64,000 nt of DNA from positions 775-64,774 of the forward strand of contig JAXHVB010000018.1 in NCBI GenBank assembly GCA_034189125.1, read 5' to 3'. The translations under genes and the position numbers were made by a program. This document shows, piece after piece, positions 49,472 to 58,215 of the stretch. The notes under the pieces are model-generated. The model worked only from the letters and a program-made list of their open reading frames with translations, ran no database searches and was not told where the DNA came from. Within the stretch, counting starts at the first letter, position 1. The number at the start of each line of letters is the position of its first letter. The stretch is from Pseudomonadota bacterium. GTDB taxonomy: Bacteria; Pseudomonadota; Gammaproteobacteria; Pseudomonadales; UBA5862.

Positions 49472-50728
49472 TCAATCCTGGTCCTGGTCGACTTGGGAGA
49501 GGGCCCATTCGGTCGGAAGCGGAACAAAGCCAAACTCCCCGTTGCGGGCCCGGCTCTGCCCGTCGGCGAAACCCACGGTCACTGGGCAGAGATTTTCGGC
49601 GTAGTACGCCATGCTCGGTGGACTTCCGTGGGAGACCGCGAGCCGAAATGAATACACCCCGGGAAGAAATGGAAAATGCTGCACGCGCGCGTGCATCCGG
49701 TAGTCTCCGGGCTCAAGTGTCCCCGGACTGAATTCGCCTTCGGTGTCGGTGCTCGCCAAGTACAGCAGGTCCGTGGTGTGGACGCCGAGCCCGACGATGA
49801 GGTTGTCCGTGGTTGCCCGGATTCGCAGGTCGATCGCGAGCCGGGTCGCCCCATCGTAGTCCACCTGATCGGTGGCCACGCCTTCGGCGTCCACCAATTT
49901 GACACCGAGAACCTGGATTTGATCGGCGTCGCCTCCGAGTTGGTTGTTGGCACCCTGGCGCGCGACCGATTGTTTGATTTTTTCGTCGCTGCGTTGATAG
50001 AACAGGTTGCACACAGTTCGCGCATCGTCGTCAGCCACGACCTGTCCCCTGTCCAGAAGGACGACGCGGCTGCACAGTCGCTCGACTTGCCGCAAGTTGT
50101 GGCTGACCAAAATCACCGTTTTGCCCTGTCTCTTGATCAGTTCTTCCATTCGGTCAAAGCATTTGCGCTGAAATGCAATGTCACCCACGGCGAGGACCTC
50201 ATCGACGATGAGGAGGTCGGCATCCATGGACGTCGCGATGGCGAAGCCAAGGCGTACCTGCATGCCCGAGCTGTAGCGCTTCACAGGGGTGTCGATGAAC
50301 TGTTCGATCTCAGCAAATTCAATGATGCCATCGAGTTGCTCGCGGGTGCGTGCCTTGGGAATTCCGAGGATGGCGCTGTTCAGAAAAATGTTTTCCCGGC
50401 CAGTGAGTTCTGGGTTGATCCCTGCGCCCACTTCGATCAATGGGGCAACACTGCCATGCACCGACACCGACCCGCTGGTGGGTTGAGTGATGTTGGCCAG
50501 GTGTTTCAGGAGAGTGCTCTTGCCCGCGCCGTTCGACCCGATGATGCCGACCACCTCTCCAGAGGAGATGTGCAGGTTGATGTCCTGCAAAGCATAAAAC
50601 CGCTCGCGCTCCTTCACCGGACGACCGCTGAGTTTTCCAAAGGCTCGGGCCGCGGTTCCACGAATTCCGGCAATCTGTCCGAGCCGGTACTCTTTGTAGA
50701 GGTGGTCCACCTCGACAATCGATGACAT
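49472..50728 (-). CDS. wzt: ABC transporter ATP-binding protein, polysaccharide export (Wzt-type with C-terminal extension)
   Basis: Walker A GIIGSNGAGKSTLLKHL, signature VKRYSSGMQVRLGFAIA, Walker B LLIVDEVLAVGD; about 170-aa C-terminal beta-rich domain resembling the Wzt O-antigen-binding domain. Confidence 0.93.
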   Translation of the reverse strand: MSSIVEVDHLYKEYRLGQIAGIRGTAARAFGKLSGRPVKERERFYALQDINLHISSGEVVGIIGSNGAGKSTLLKHLANITQPTSGSVSVHGSVAPLIEVGAGINPELTGRENIFLNSAILGIPKARTREQLDGIIEFAEIEQFIDTPVKRYSSGMQVRLGFAIATSMDADLLIVDEVLAVGDIAFQRKCFDRMEELIKRQGKTVILVSHNLRQVERLCSRVVLLDRGQVVADDDARTVCNLFYQRSDEKIKQSVARQGANNQLGGDADQIQVLGVKLVDAEGVATDQVDYDGATRLAIDLRIRATTDNLIVGLGVHTTDLLYLASTDTEGEFSPGTLEPGDYRMHARVQHFPFLPGVYSFRLAVSHGSPPSMAYYAENLCPVTVGFADGQSRARNGEFGFVPLPTEWALSQVDQDQD

Positions 50729-50742
50729 GGGCTGGAAGTCCT

Positions 50743-51561
50743 TCAGATGACGTCGGCGAACCAGGCTTCGGCACGCTTAAAGAAAAGATAGCTGAGCGGT
50801 AGCAGCAGCAGGGTCAGCACGAGCCCTGGAGACAAGGTGGACCAGTCCGGTGGCAGTCCTTTCAGAAGAACGCGCTGAAAGTTGTCGATGATGCCCGCCA
50901 GGGGGTTGCAGAGGTACAGCGTGTACAAGCGATCCGACCAGTCGCCGGCCGCTTGCTGTACCACGAGCTTCTCGCGCACCAGCGAAAGCGGATAGATGAC
51001 CGGCGAAGTGTACATCAACAGCGACAGCACGACGGGCAGCATTTGTCCGACGTCGCGGTAGTACACGTTCATCGCGGCGCCGAAAAAACTGACAACCAGC
51101 GCTACCAGCATGGTGTAGCCGATGATCAGTGGCACCCAGAGTGCCTGGGCTGTCGGCAGCATCTGGTAATAGACCATCATGGCGGCCAGGATGAGGAAGC
51201 TGATCGCGAGTTCTACCGTTTTGGTCACCATGGCGGTCAGCGGAAACACCTCCCGTGGGAAGTAGATCTTTTTGATCAGAGGGGCATTGCCGGTGACGCT
51301 GTTGATGCCTTCCGAGGCCGACTCCTGAAAGAAGATCCACGGCAGCAGTGCTGCAAAGGTAAGGATGGGATAGGGCACGTCGCCACTTTCAATGCCGACG
51401 AACCCTTTGACGACGGTAAAGATCAGCATGAGCACCACGGGTTTGAGCACCGCCCAGGCAATACCGAGGTACGCTTGCTTGTAGCGCACTGAGATGTTTT
51501 TCCACGCCAGTGCACCGATCAACTCTCGGTAGTGGTACAGCCCTTGAATCGATTTGATCAT
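50743..51561 (-). CDS. wzm: ABC transporter permease, polysaccharide export (Wzm-type)
   Basis: ALAWKNISVRYKQAYLGIAWAVLKPVVLMLIFTVV; GLVLTLLLLPLSYLFFKRAEAWFADVI. Confidence 0.93.
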   Translation of the reverse strand: MIKSIQGLYHYRELIGALAWKNISVRYKQAYLGIAWAVLKPVVLMLIFTVVKGFVGIESGDVPYPILTFAALLPWIFFQESASEGINSVTGNAPLIKKIYFPREVFPLTAMVTKTVELAISFLILAAMMVYYQMLPTAQALWVPLIIGYTMLVALVVSFFGAAMNVYYRDVGQMLPVVLSLLMYTSPVIYPLSLVREKLVVQQAAGDWSDRLYTLYLCNPLAGIIDNFQRVLLKGLPPDWSTLSPGLVLTLLLLPLSYLFFKRAEAWFADVI

Positions 51562-51647
51562 GGCCGGATCTCAGAGTCAGGCCTTGCAGCGGGTCCATGG
51601 CCCCAGGCTTCTGGAGGTGTGGCCGTTGAGTTCATTCGGAGAAATCC

Positions 51648-52676
51648 TTAGTCCCTGCTGTCGGTTGTCTTTCTGGGCATCGTGAGTGCATACCGCACTG
51701 CGAGCTTCAATTGGCTGACCGTGGCTCGGAGCCGAAAGGCTTGCCACAGGGCGGCCCAGCCATTTGCCCAGTCGTGTGTGCGCAGTTGATAGGCGCGGGT
51801 GAACAGCAGCTGCGATTGGTGGCGCCGCAGCGCCGATTCCCGTCTACGCCACGTTTGCTGTGTGTCGCGTACGGCCTCTAACAGGTTAGCACCTGCGAGA
51901 ATTTCGTTGTGCACCTGACGGCGCTGAGCCGCTGCGACGGACAGACCCTCGGGCCAGCCGAAATTCTTGCCGTGTATCCGCCAGTGGTTGATGGGGACGC
52001 GAGTGACCGCCAGCGCGCACAGCGCCGCGGCTTTCTTGGTCCAGGTGGATTCGCTGAACAGGCTGTATTCGTCGAACGGGCCGATGACATTCCAGGCGCC
52101 ACGGCGTGCGGCAGGTCGCTGAAAATCGATGGGTACCCGTGGGATCAGCGCATCGAACAGGCTGTGGTCGAACAGCCAGAGGGGCCCGCTTGGTCGAGGC
52201 GGGGCCGCCTGAAAGAGCGCATCCATCGCGGCCTTGCGGCTGGCGGCGGGTCCCTCAGCGTAGGGTCCAAAGGGTTCAACACCCATGAAGATACAGTCCA
52301 GGTGCGGGTGTGTGCTGAAGCCCTCGGCGATCACTTCCAGCGCGTCTTCGGTCAGCAGGTCGTCGTCGTCCAGCAACACAATGACTTCACCCTGCGCCGC
52401 GCGAATCCCCGCGTTCTTGGCGCTTGGGACCCCCAAGGCAGTTTGGTGGTGGATCAACTGAAGCGGGCCTGAAAACGTCCCCTCAATCGCCTGTCGGTCA
52501 ACGGGGGGGGAGGACCCGTCGTCCACCACAACCAACTCGACGGTGCCGAGTGTCTGGGCAGCAACGCTGGCCACGGCTTCGAGCAGCAGGTCCGCGCGGT
52601 TGTGGGTGGGAATGACGACAGAGATCAGCACCGCGATGCCCCGGCTGCTCCCGTCGCATTGTGCAGTGGTGTGCAT
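51648..52676 (-). CDS. Glycosyltransferase family 2 protein
   Basis: ISVVIPTHNRADLLLEAVASVAAQTLGTVELVVVDDGSSPP; EVIVLLDDDDLLTEDAL; start uncertain. Confidence 0.88.
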   Translation of the reverse strand: MHTTAQCDGSSRGIAVLISVVIPTHNRADLLLEAVASVAAQTLGTVELVVVDDGSSPPVDRQAIEGTFSGPLQLIHHQTALGVPSAKNAGIRAAQGEVIVLLDDDDLLTEDALEVIAEGFSTHPHLDCIFMGVEPFGPYAEGPAASRKAAMDALFQAAPPRPSGPLWLFDHSLFDALIPRVPIDFQRPAARRGAWNVIGPFDEYSLFSESTWTKKAAALCALAVTRVPINHWRIHGKNFGWPEGLSVAAAQRRQVHNEILAGANLLEAVRDTQQTWRRRESALRRHQSQLLFTRAYQLRTHDWANGWAALWQAFRLRATVSQLKLAVRYALTMPRKTTDSRD

Positions 52677-52722
52677 GGGCCCTGGTGGAGGCTTCGGTGT
52701 TGTGGCGTTTGTCTGGGGTGCA

Positions 52723-53526
52723 TCAGTCGAACCAGCGGACCCGAGCTGGCAACTGGGTTTGCGCCAAAGCACCAGCCTTCAGGGCCTGCGCCAGCCGGCG
52801 TTCGGCCCGCCATGTGCGGTCCCTGACTTGGTACAGCGTGCCTTTTTCGGTTTGCGCCTGCCCCAAGGGCTGGGAGGCACCCAGCCGCTCCAGGACTTCG
52901 GTATAGGCCGTGGCGCTGTCGCGCACGGCGCGCCAGAAGAGTTCCAGTTCAGTGTCGTTCGGGCGCACTTCAGGGCAGACATGGGCGATGAGGTCGCCGG
53001 TGTCGATTCCTGCATTGATGAAGTGCAGCGTGCAGCCCACCTGCTCCGGCTCGCCATTGTGCAAGGCCCAGAACGTGCAATCCGCACCGCGGTAGTGGGG
53101 CGAGAGACCGCCGTGGAGGTTCACGATCCCCAGCCGGCCGAGGGTGAGCAAGTCGCCTTTGATGAGGGATGTGCCGAACACTGCGATCAGGTCCGGGTCC
53201 AGGGCGCGAATGCGTTCAACCAGGTCCGGGTGGTTGATGTGCGGAACACCCACCCGCAAATCGGGCCGGTTAAGTGCCGGAGAGGTATTGGGGAAGAAGA
53301 ACTCGGCTTCGGCGTTGCCGGTGTAGCGCCGCCGATCGCGCAGCCAGCGCCACGCCTTGCGGCCGAGGCTCGCGGGCTTGAGTTTCTTGCGCAGGGCAGG
53401 CCAGTCCAGGGCCGTGCCGGTCTCCTGCACAATGGCCTGGACATCGGCGTGTTCGCACAGCCGATTCGCCACGTACAGGTGGCGCGGCGCCTGACCGCAG
53501 AGAATCACCAAACGCAGTTCAGCCAT
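52723..53526 (-). CDS. Formyltransferase family protein
   Basis: GIVNLHGGLSPHYRGADCTFWAL and NAGIDTGDLIAH contain the Asn-His-Asp arrangement of formyltransferases. Confidence 0.85.
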   Translation of the reverse strand: MAELRLVILCGQAPRHLYVANRLCEHADVQAIVQETGTALDWPALRKKLKPASLGRKAWRWLRDRRRYTGNAEAEFFFPNTSPALNRPDLRVGVPHINHPDLVERIRALDPDLIAVFGTSLIKGDLLTLGRLGIVNLHGGLSPHYRGADCTFWALHNGEPEQVGCTLHFINAGIDTGDLIAHVCPEVRPNDTELELFWRAVRDSATAYTEVLERLGASQPLGQAQTEKGTLYQVRDRTWRAERRLAQALKAGALAQTQLPARVRWFD

Positions 53527-54709
53527 GCTTGCCCTCGGTGCCCTGCAGGCGGTTGTCGAGCATCAGCGCGTCGGCAAAGAACTTGGCCGCCCAGTTGGGA
53601 AATTCGAACCGCGAATAGTCTCCCCAGAAGGGTGCGGAACCGGCAATGGCGCCGTCGTCAAAGCGCCCGTCGCCGGTGCGACGTTGGTGGCGCTTGAGGT
53701 AGTCGAGCCCGCGGTCGACGGCGTCCTGGAAGGTCTGGTTGGCACGCCGCTCGATCAACCTGGACCAAATGATGCACATCTGAGCCAGCCCGGTCAGGCA
53801 CACGTAGTTGGCGCGCGGGCGCCATTGGTCATCCAGGGTGCCCGCGAGTGCACCGTTCTGAGGAAGGGCAGCGGCGACCGCGACCGCACTGCGCTCTGCG
53901 GCCGAGATCAGGTGGGTATCCTCCAGCAGCAGGCCCGATTCCAGCACTCCACGAATCGCATAGGCGATGGTGTGGGTAAAGGGAACGGCGCCGACTGTGA
54001 AGGCGTTGTTCGCGAACCAGCCTGCCGGGTTTTGCTGACTGAGTGCCCAGGCGAGGTTGCGCTTGGCGCCTTCAATCAGGGCGGGCTCTCCGGCCAGTAG
54101 TCCAGTTTGCAGCAGTGCCCAGGCGGCTCTGGTGTTGTAGGTGTGCGCAATTCCGTTGTGCACCGAGCGGCGCCAGCAGCCGTCTTCATCCTGCTGCGCG
54201 AGCATCCAGCGCCCGGCGCGCACCGCGGCGTCCAGGCAGCCCTGGTGCTGGAGTTGCCGATGGCCATGGTTCAGGCCATGCATGATCTGTCCGGTGTTGA
54301 AAATCACCGGTCGGCTGCCCGGCTCGCCGAAGTGGCCGGGGAATGCGCCGTCTGCATGCTGCAGGCTCAGCTCCCAGTCGAGGATTCTGCGCGCCCGCTC
54401 AACCAGATTCGGTCGATCGAGTACCTCGGCTGCCTGCAAGAAGGTTTCGACAATGTAGCCACTGGTTTCCGGATAGCTTGGCAGCCAACCGTCTTCGAAA
54501 CTCCATCCGGCGGATACACCGCCCTCATCGGCGCAGCCCTGACGCACGTCTTGAGCGCGACACAACCAATCGATTGCTGCGATCAAGTGGGGCAGGTGTT
54601 GTGGATCTGCCTTGTTGTCGATTTTCAGGGCGCTTTGCGCAATGAGGCCCAAATGCACCGGAGACCAAAGGCGGTAACGCAGCGGAGCCTGTACGATTTT
54701 CTTCAGCAT
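53519..54709 (-). CDS. Uncharacterised putative alpha/alpha-toroid protein
   Basis: Helical repeats LSLQHADGAFPGHFGEP, MLAQQDEDGCWRRSVHNGIAHTYNTRAAWALLQTG, LSQQNPAGWFANNAF resembling terpene-cyclase/toroid repeats. Confidence 0.6.
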   Translation of the reverse strand: MLKKIVQAPLRYRLWSPVHLGLIAQSALKIDNKADPQHLPHLIAAIDWLCRAQDVRQGCADEGGVSAGWSFEDGWLPSYPETSGYIVETFLQAAEVLDRPNLVERARRILDWELSLQHADGAFPGHFGEPGSRPVIFNTGQIMHGLNHGHRQLQHQGCLDAAVRAGRWMLAQQDEDGCWRRSVHNGIAHTYNTRAAWALLQTGLLAGEPALIEGAKRNLAWALSQQNPAGWFANNAFTVGAVPFTHTIAYAIRGVLESGLLLEDTHLISAAERSAVAVAAALPQNGALAGTLDDQWRPRANYVCLTGLAQMCIIWSRLIERRANQTFQDAVDRGLDYLKRHQRRTGDGRFDDGAIAGSAPFWGDYSRFEFPNWAAKFFADALMLDNRLQGTEGKHG

Positions 54710-54742
54710 AAGGGGCGCGGCTTGTGGCTAAGGAAGTTCAAT

Positions 54743-56137
54743 TCAAGAGGCGCTTGTGGTGGATTCAGCGGTGGGAATGGCCACTTGGCTGACCACGTAG
54801 CGGTACTTCCCGGAAGCTTCGGCCTTGATCTGGTCAAGGTAGCAGATTTCCACATCCACTCGTTCGTCCAGGCGCCTGTGGATCTCTGATCGCAGGCGTT
54901 GCTCTTGCTCTTGGCGTGCCCGGTTCCAGGTTTCGTTGACCACCAGCTCAACGGTCAGGCGATCGATGTCGTGCTGCAGGATACGGAACTCAGCAACTCC
55001 GTCCAGTGCCCTGACCACGTAGATGAGTGCCAGAGCGTGCATGATGGTGCCGTCTCGACGCACAATGAAGTCGGTCTGGCGCCCAGCCACCTCTTCGATC
55101 ACGTGAAGGCCACGCCCGGCCGAGCAGGGCGCAGACCCCAGCCGCACCATGTCACCGGTGCGGTAGCGAACAAATGGTTGGGCATTGGAGCACAGTCCAG
55201 TCATGACAGCTTCTCCGAGTTCACCGTTCGCAACGGGATTTCCCTGCGGGTCCAGCACTTCGAGGACGATGCTTTCACTCATGAGTAGCATTTGCCCCTG
55301 TGGAGATTCATGGGCGGTGAAGCCGATGTCTCTACTGCCGAATTCATTGGCGACCGGAGCCTGAAAACACGACTGGATCAAGGAGCGCTGTTGGGGGTCC
55401 AAAGGCTCGCCTGTGGTGCAGACCACCTTGAGGTCAGGCAGATGCAGCTGGACGCCGCGGTTCTCTGCGTGCGCTGCGATCAGAGCCAAGCTGCTGGCGT
55501 ACCCATAGATGCAGTGGGGTCGGTAGCGCCCGATCGCGTCCAGGTACTCGTCCATGGCTGCGACGGACATCTCGAATGCATTGAGGACCAGCTGGTTGAG
55601 AGCGCGGTCTCGGAGTTGTTTCACGCGGTCGGTTTTGTTGAGTTCAACCGGTGCACCCCACAGGTATACCTCACGTTCTCCAGGCTGCACGCCCCACCAG
55701 CGCCGCGCCCGCATGCGACCCGCGGCATCGGATGCTTGGCGTTGGCGGCCAAAGTAAAAAATCAATGGCTGACCGGACGAGCCGCCAGTGTTGTACTTTT
55801 GGCTTCCCCCGGGCACCTTGGGCCAGTGAAGACCTTCACGGTTTTCGTTGGCTTCGGCCTTGGTCATGGTGGGCAGCAGCTTGAGTTGTTCGATGGAAAA
55901 GTCGTTGATCGCTCCAGGGTTGGACAACCCAGCCTGTTCGAGCCGGGCTCGATGCCATGGGCAGTGGTGCCAGGCGGTGTCGAGCAGGGCCTGCAATTTT
56001 CTGCTTTGCAGGTCCTCGATCTCCTGTCTTGCCCACCACTGACTGGATTCAAGCTCGCGCAAATAGCCGAAAGTCGGCCGCTTCATTGCCCATTCGTGGA
56101 GCGGGTAGAACAGGCTGCGCGCAACCAGGGCCTTCAT
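54743..56137 (-). CDS. Phenylacetate-CoA ligase (PaaK)/CapK-like adenylate-forming protein
   Basis: NTGGSSGQPLIFYFGRQRQA, CTTGEPLDPQQR, NEFGSRDIGFTAHE, VRYRTGDMVRL, GRQTDFIVRRDGT; ATG at 56137 gives 464 aa. Confidence 0.88.
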   Translation of the reverse strand: MKALVARSLFYPLHEWAMKRPTFGYLRELESSQWWARQEIEDLQSRKLQALLDTAWHHCPWHRARLEQAGLSNPGAINDFSIEQLKLLPTMTKAEANENREGLHWPKVPGGSQKYNTGGSSGQPLIFYFGRQRQASDAAGRMRARRWWGVQPGEREVYLWGAPVELNKTDRVKQLRDRALNQLVLNAFEMSVAAMDEYLDAIGRYRPHCIYGYASSLALIAAHAENRGVQLHLPDLKVVCTTGEPLDPQQRSLIQSCFQAPVANEFGSRDIGFTAHESPQGQMLLMSESIVLEVLDPQGNPVANGELGEAVMTGLCSNAQPFVRYRTGDMVRLGSAPCSAGRGLHVIEEVAGRQTDFIVRRDGTIMHALALIYVVRALDGVAEFRILQHDIDRLTVELVVNETWNRARQEQEQRLRSEIHRRLDERVDVEICYLDQIKAEASGKYRYVVSQVAIPTAESTTSAS

Positions 56138-56382
56138 TCCTGGGTCGCCGTGACGAGGCCAACGCCGCCGCGCGACGGGTTGGATCCTCGTTGCCAAGGT
56201 GTGGACAGCGGGAGAACGAAAGAAGGCATGCGGTGAGTTCCAAGCGGCTACAAGTGACCGGTCATCGGCGGCCGGGTTGCGTGGCAGCGGGTTCGGTGTG
56301 TCTGGGTGTCCCCATAAAAATAGTAGAAGCTCGCGCCCCTCGGCTATAGTTGCATGGCTTTTCAATTATATCTGCAGAGTGT

Positions 56383-58215
56383 ATGCGAGAGATGTCCCCT
56401 AGGGTGCCGAGTGGGTTGTTTGTCCGGTGTTTGTCCGCCGATGCGCAGGTGCAAGCGGCGCCAGTTGCTGGCTTTGGCAGCGGTTGGGAACACCAGCAGG
56501 TGGGGCCCTTGGCCCTGTGGTCGAAGGCTGGGCTTGGTGACCGCGTCGAGTACCATCAGGATCCAGAAACCGGAATGCTGGCGCTGGTCTTTGGCCGTTG
56601 GGAAGTTCCTGGGCGGTCAGCCTCCCTGCAGCGTTGGTTCGCGGCCCATCAACAGGAGCCGAAAGCCGCTTTCAGGGCGCTCAGCGGCCGGTTCATTGCG
56701 CTCTTACATGATCCGCGCAGTGCCAGGGTGTGGGTGGCAACGGACCGCTTTGCAACCGTACCGCTGAGCCATCGCACCACGCCCGAGGGGTTGGAGCTCG
56801 CGACCGACCCTGGGCTGTTCCCGAGTTCGGGTTCGGTGCCCTTGGCTCTTTGTCCGCAGGCATTGTACGAGTACCTGTACTTTCACATGGTGCCGGCCCC
56901 AAGGTCGATCTACGCTGGGGTGTCCAAGCTCGGCCCTGCCCAGCAACTCCGTTGGGAGCAAGGGGCGCAGGAGGCCCAGGTGGAGGGTTATTGGATGCCG
57001 CGCTTTGAGGATCAGCCCCATGGGCGTGACCGATCCAATATGGAAGCGGCGCTCAGGTCGCACCTGGCGGAAGCTGTGCGCGCCAGCGCCTCCACTTGCA
57101 GCGCCGCTTTTTTGAGTGGTGGGCTTGACAGTTCCACCACCACTGGGCTGCTCGCCCAGGCGCGTGATGGCGACGTGGATGCCTTCTCGGTTGGCTTCGA
57201 GGCCGAAGGCTACGACGAGATGCCCTACGCGCGCATCGCTGCGCAGCACTTTGGCGTGCGCCACCACGAACTCTATCTTTCACCTGCCGACGTCGTCCGC
57301 CTGGTTCCTGAGGTGGCGGCATGCTACGGCGAGCCGTTTGGCAACTCTTCCGCGGTGCCTACGTTGTTCTGCGCGCAACAGGCCGCAGCGGCGGGCCACG
57401 GCGAGTTGATGGCTGGAGACGGAGGCGACGAGTTGTTCGCCGGCAATGAACGCTATGCCACTCAGGCCCTGTTCGAGCACTACGCTCGCTTGCCTCGCGG
57501 TGTCCGTGCCCTGGTCGACACCACGGACCGGTGCCTGAGTCCGGTTGCGAGCCATTGGCCGGTAAGCAAGCTGCGCCGGTATGTCGAACAGGCCCGGGTT
57601 CCTTTGCCGGACCGGCTGCAGGGCTACAACAATTTTCATATGCAGAGTGCTGCAGCCATTCTGCATCCGGACCTGCTCGGTCAGGTCGACCTGGATGCCC
57701 CGCTGAAATTGCTGCGGTCGGTGTATGCAGGTGCGGCTGCACAGACCAGCCTGCAGCGCATGCTGTGGCTGGATTGGAAGCAAACCCTGGCCGACAACGA
57801 CCTGCGCAAAGTCACCCAAATGACCCAGGCTGCCGGCGTGCGTGTCTGCTATCCGATGTTGGCTGAACCGGTGGTGGAGTTGGCCACCGAGATCCCGCCG
57901 CAATGGCTGTTGCCAAAGCGGCGGTTGCGGGACTTCTACAAGCGCGTCTACGCTGATTTTTTACCCCCAGCGATCCTGACCAAACCCAAGCACGGGTTCG
58001 GTTTGCCCTTTGGGGTTTGGCTCCAGACCGACCCGGGCCTTGGTGTCCTCGCCGGGGATGCTCTGGAGGGGCTGAAGGCCCGCAACATCGTGCACCCCGA
58101 CCACCTTGACCGTTTGCTGAAGCAACACGCCGCGGACCATGCAGCGTATTACGGGGAGCAGATTTGGGTGCTGATGATGTTGGAGCTGTGGCTGCAGGCC
58201 CATGGACACAGATAA
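56383..58215 (+). CDS. Asparagine synthase-like protein lacking the canonical N-terminal Cys
   Basis: PP-loop AAFLSGGLDSSTTTGLLAQ, GDGGDELFAGNERY; N-terminus MREMSPRVPS lacks MCG; ORF open from 56350 (TTG). Confidence 0.87.
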   Translation: MREMSPRVPSGLFVRCLSADAQVQAAPVAGFGSGWEHQQVGPLALWSKAGLGDRVEYHQDPETGMLALVFGRWEVPGRSASLQRWFAAHQQEPKAAFRALSGRFIALLHDPRSARVWVATDRFATVPLSHRTTPEGLELATDPGLFPSSGSVPLALCPQALYEYLYFHMVPAPRSIYAGVSKLGPAQQLRWEQGAQEAQVEGYWMPRFEDQPHGRDRSNMEAALRSHLAEAVRASASTCSAAFLSGGLDSSTTTGLLAQARDGDVDAFSVGFEAEGYDEMPYARIAAQHFGVRHHELYLSPADVVRLVPEVAACYGEPFGNSSAVPTLFCAQQAAAAGHGELMAGDGGDELFAGNERYATQALFEHYARLPRGVRALVDTTDRCLSPVASHWPVSKLRRYVEQARVPLPDRLQGYNNFHMQSAAAILHPDLLGQVDLDAPLKLLRSVYAGAAAQTSLQRMLWLDWKQTLADNDLRKVTQMTQAAGVRVCYPMLAEPVVELATEIPPQWLLPKRRLRDFYKRVYADFLPPAILTKPKHGFGLPFGVWLQTDPGLGVLAGDALEGLKARNIVHPDHLDRLLKQHAADHAAYYGEQIWVLMMLELWLQAHGHR

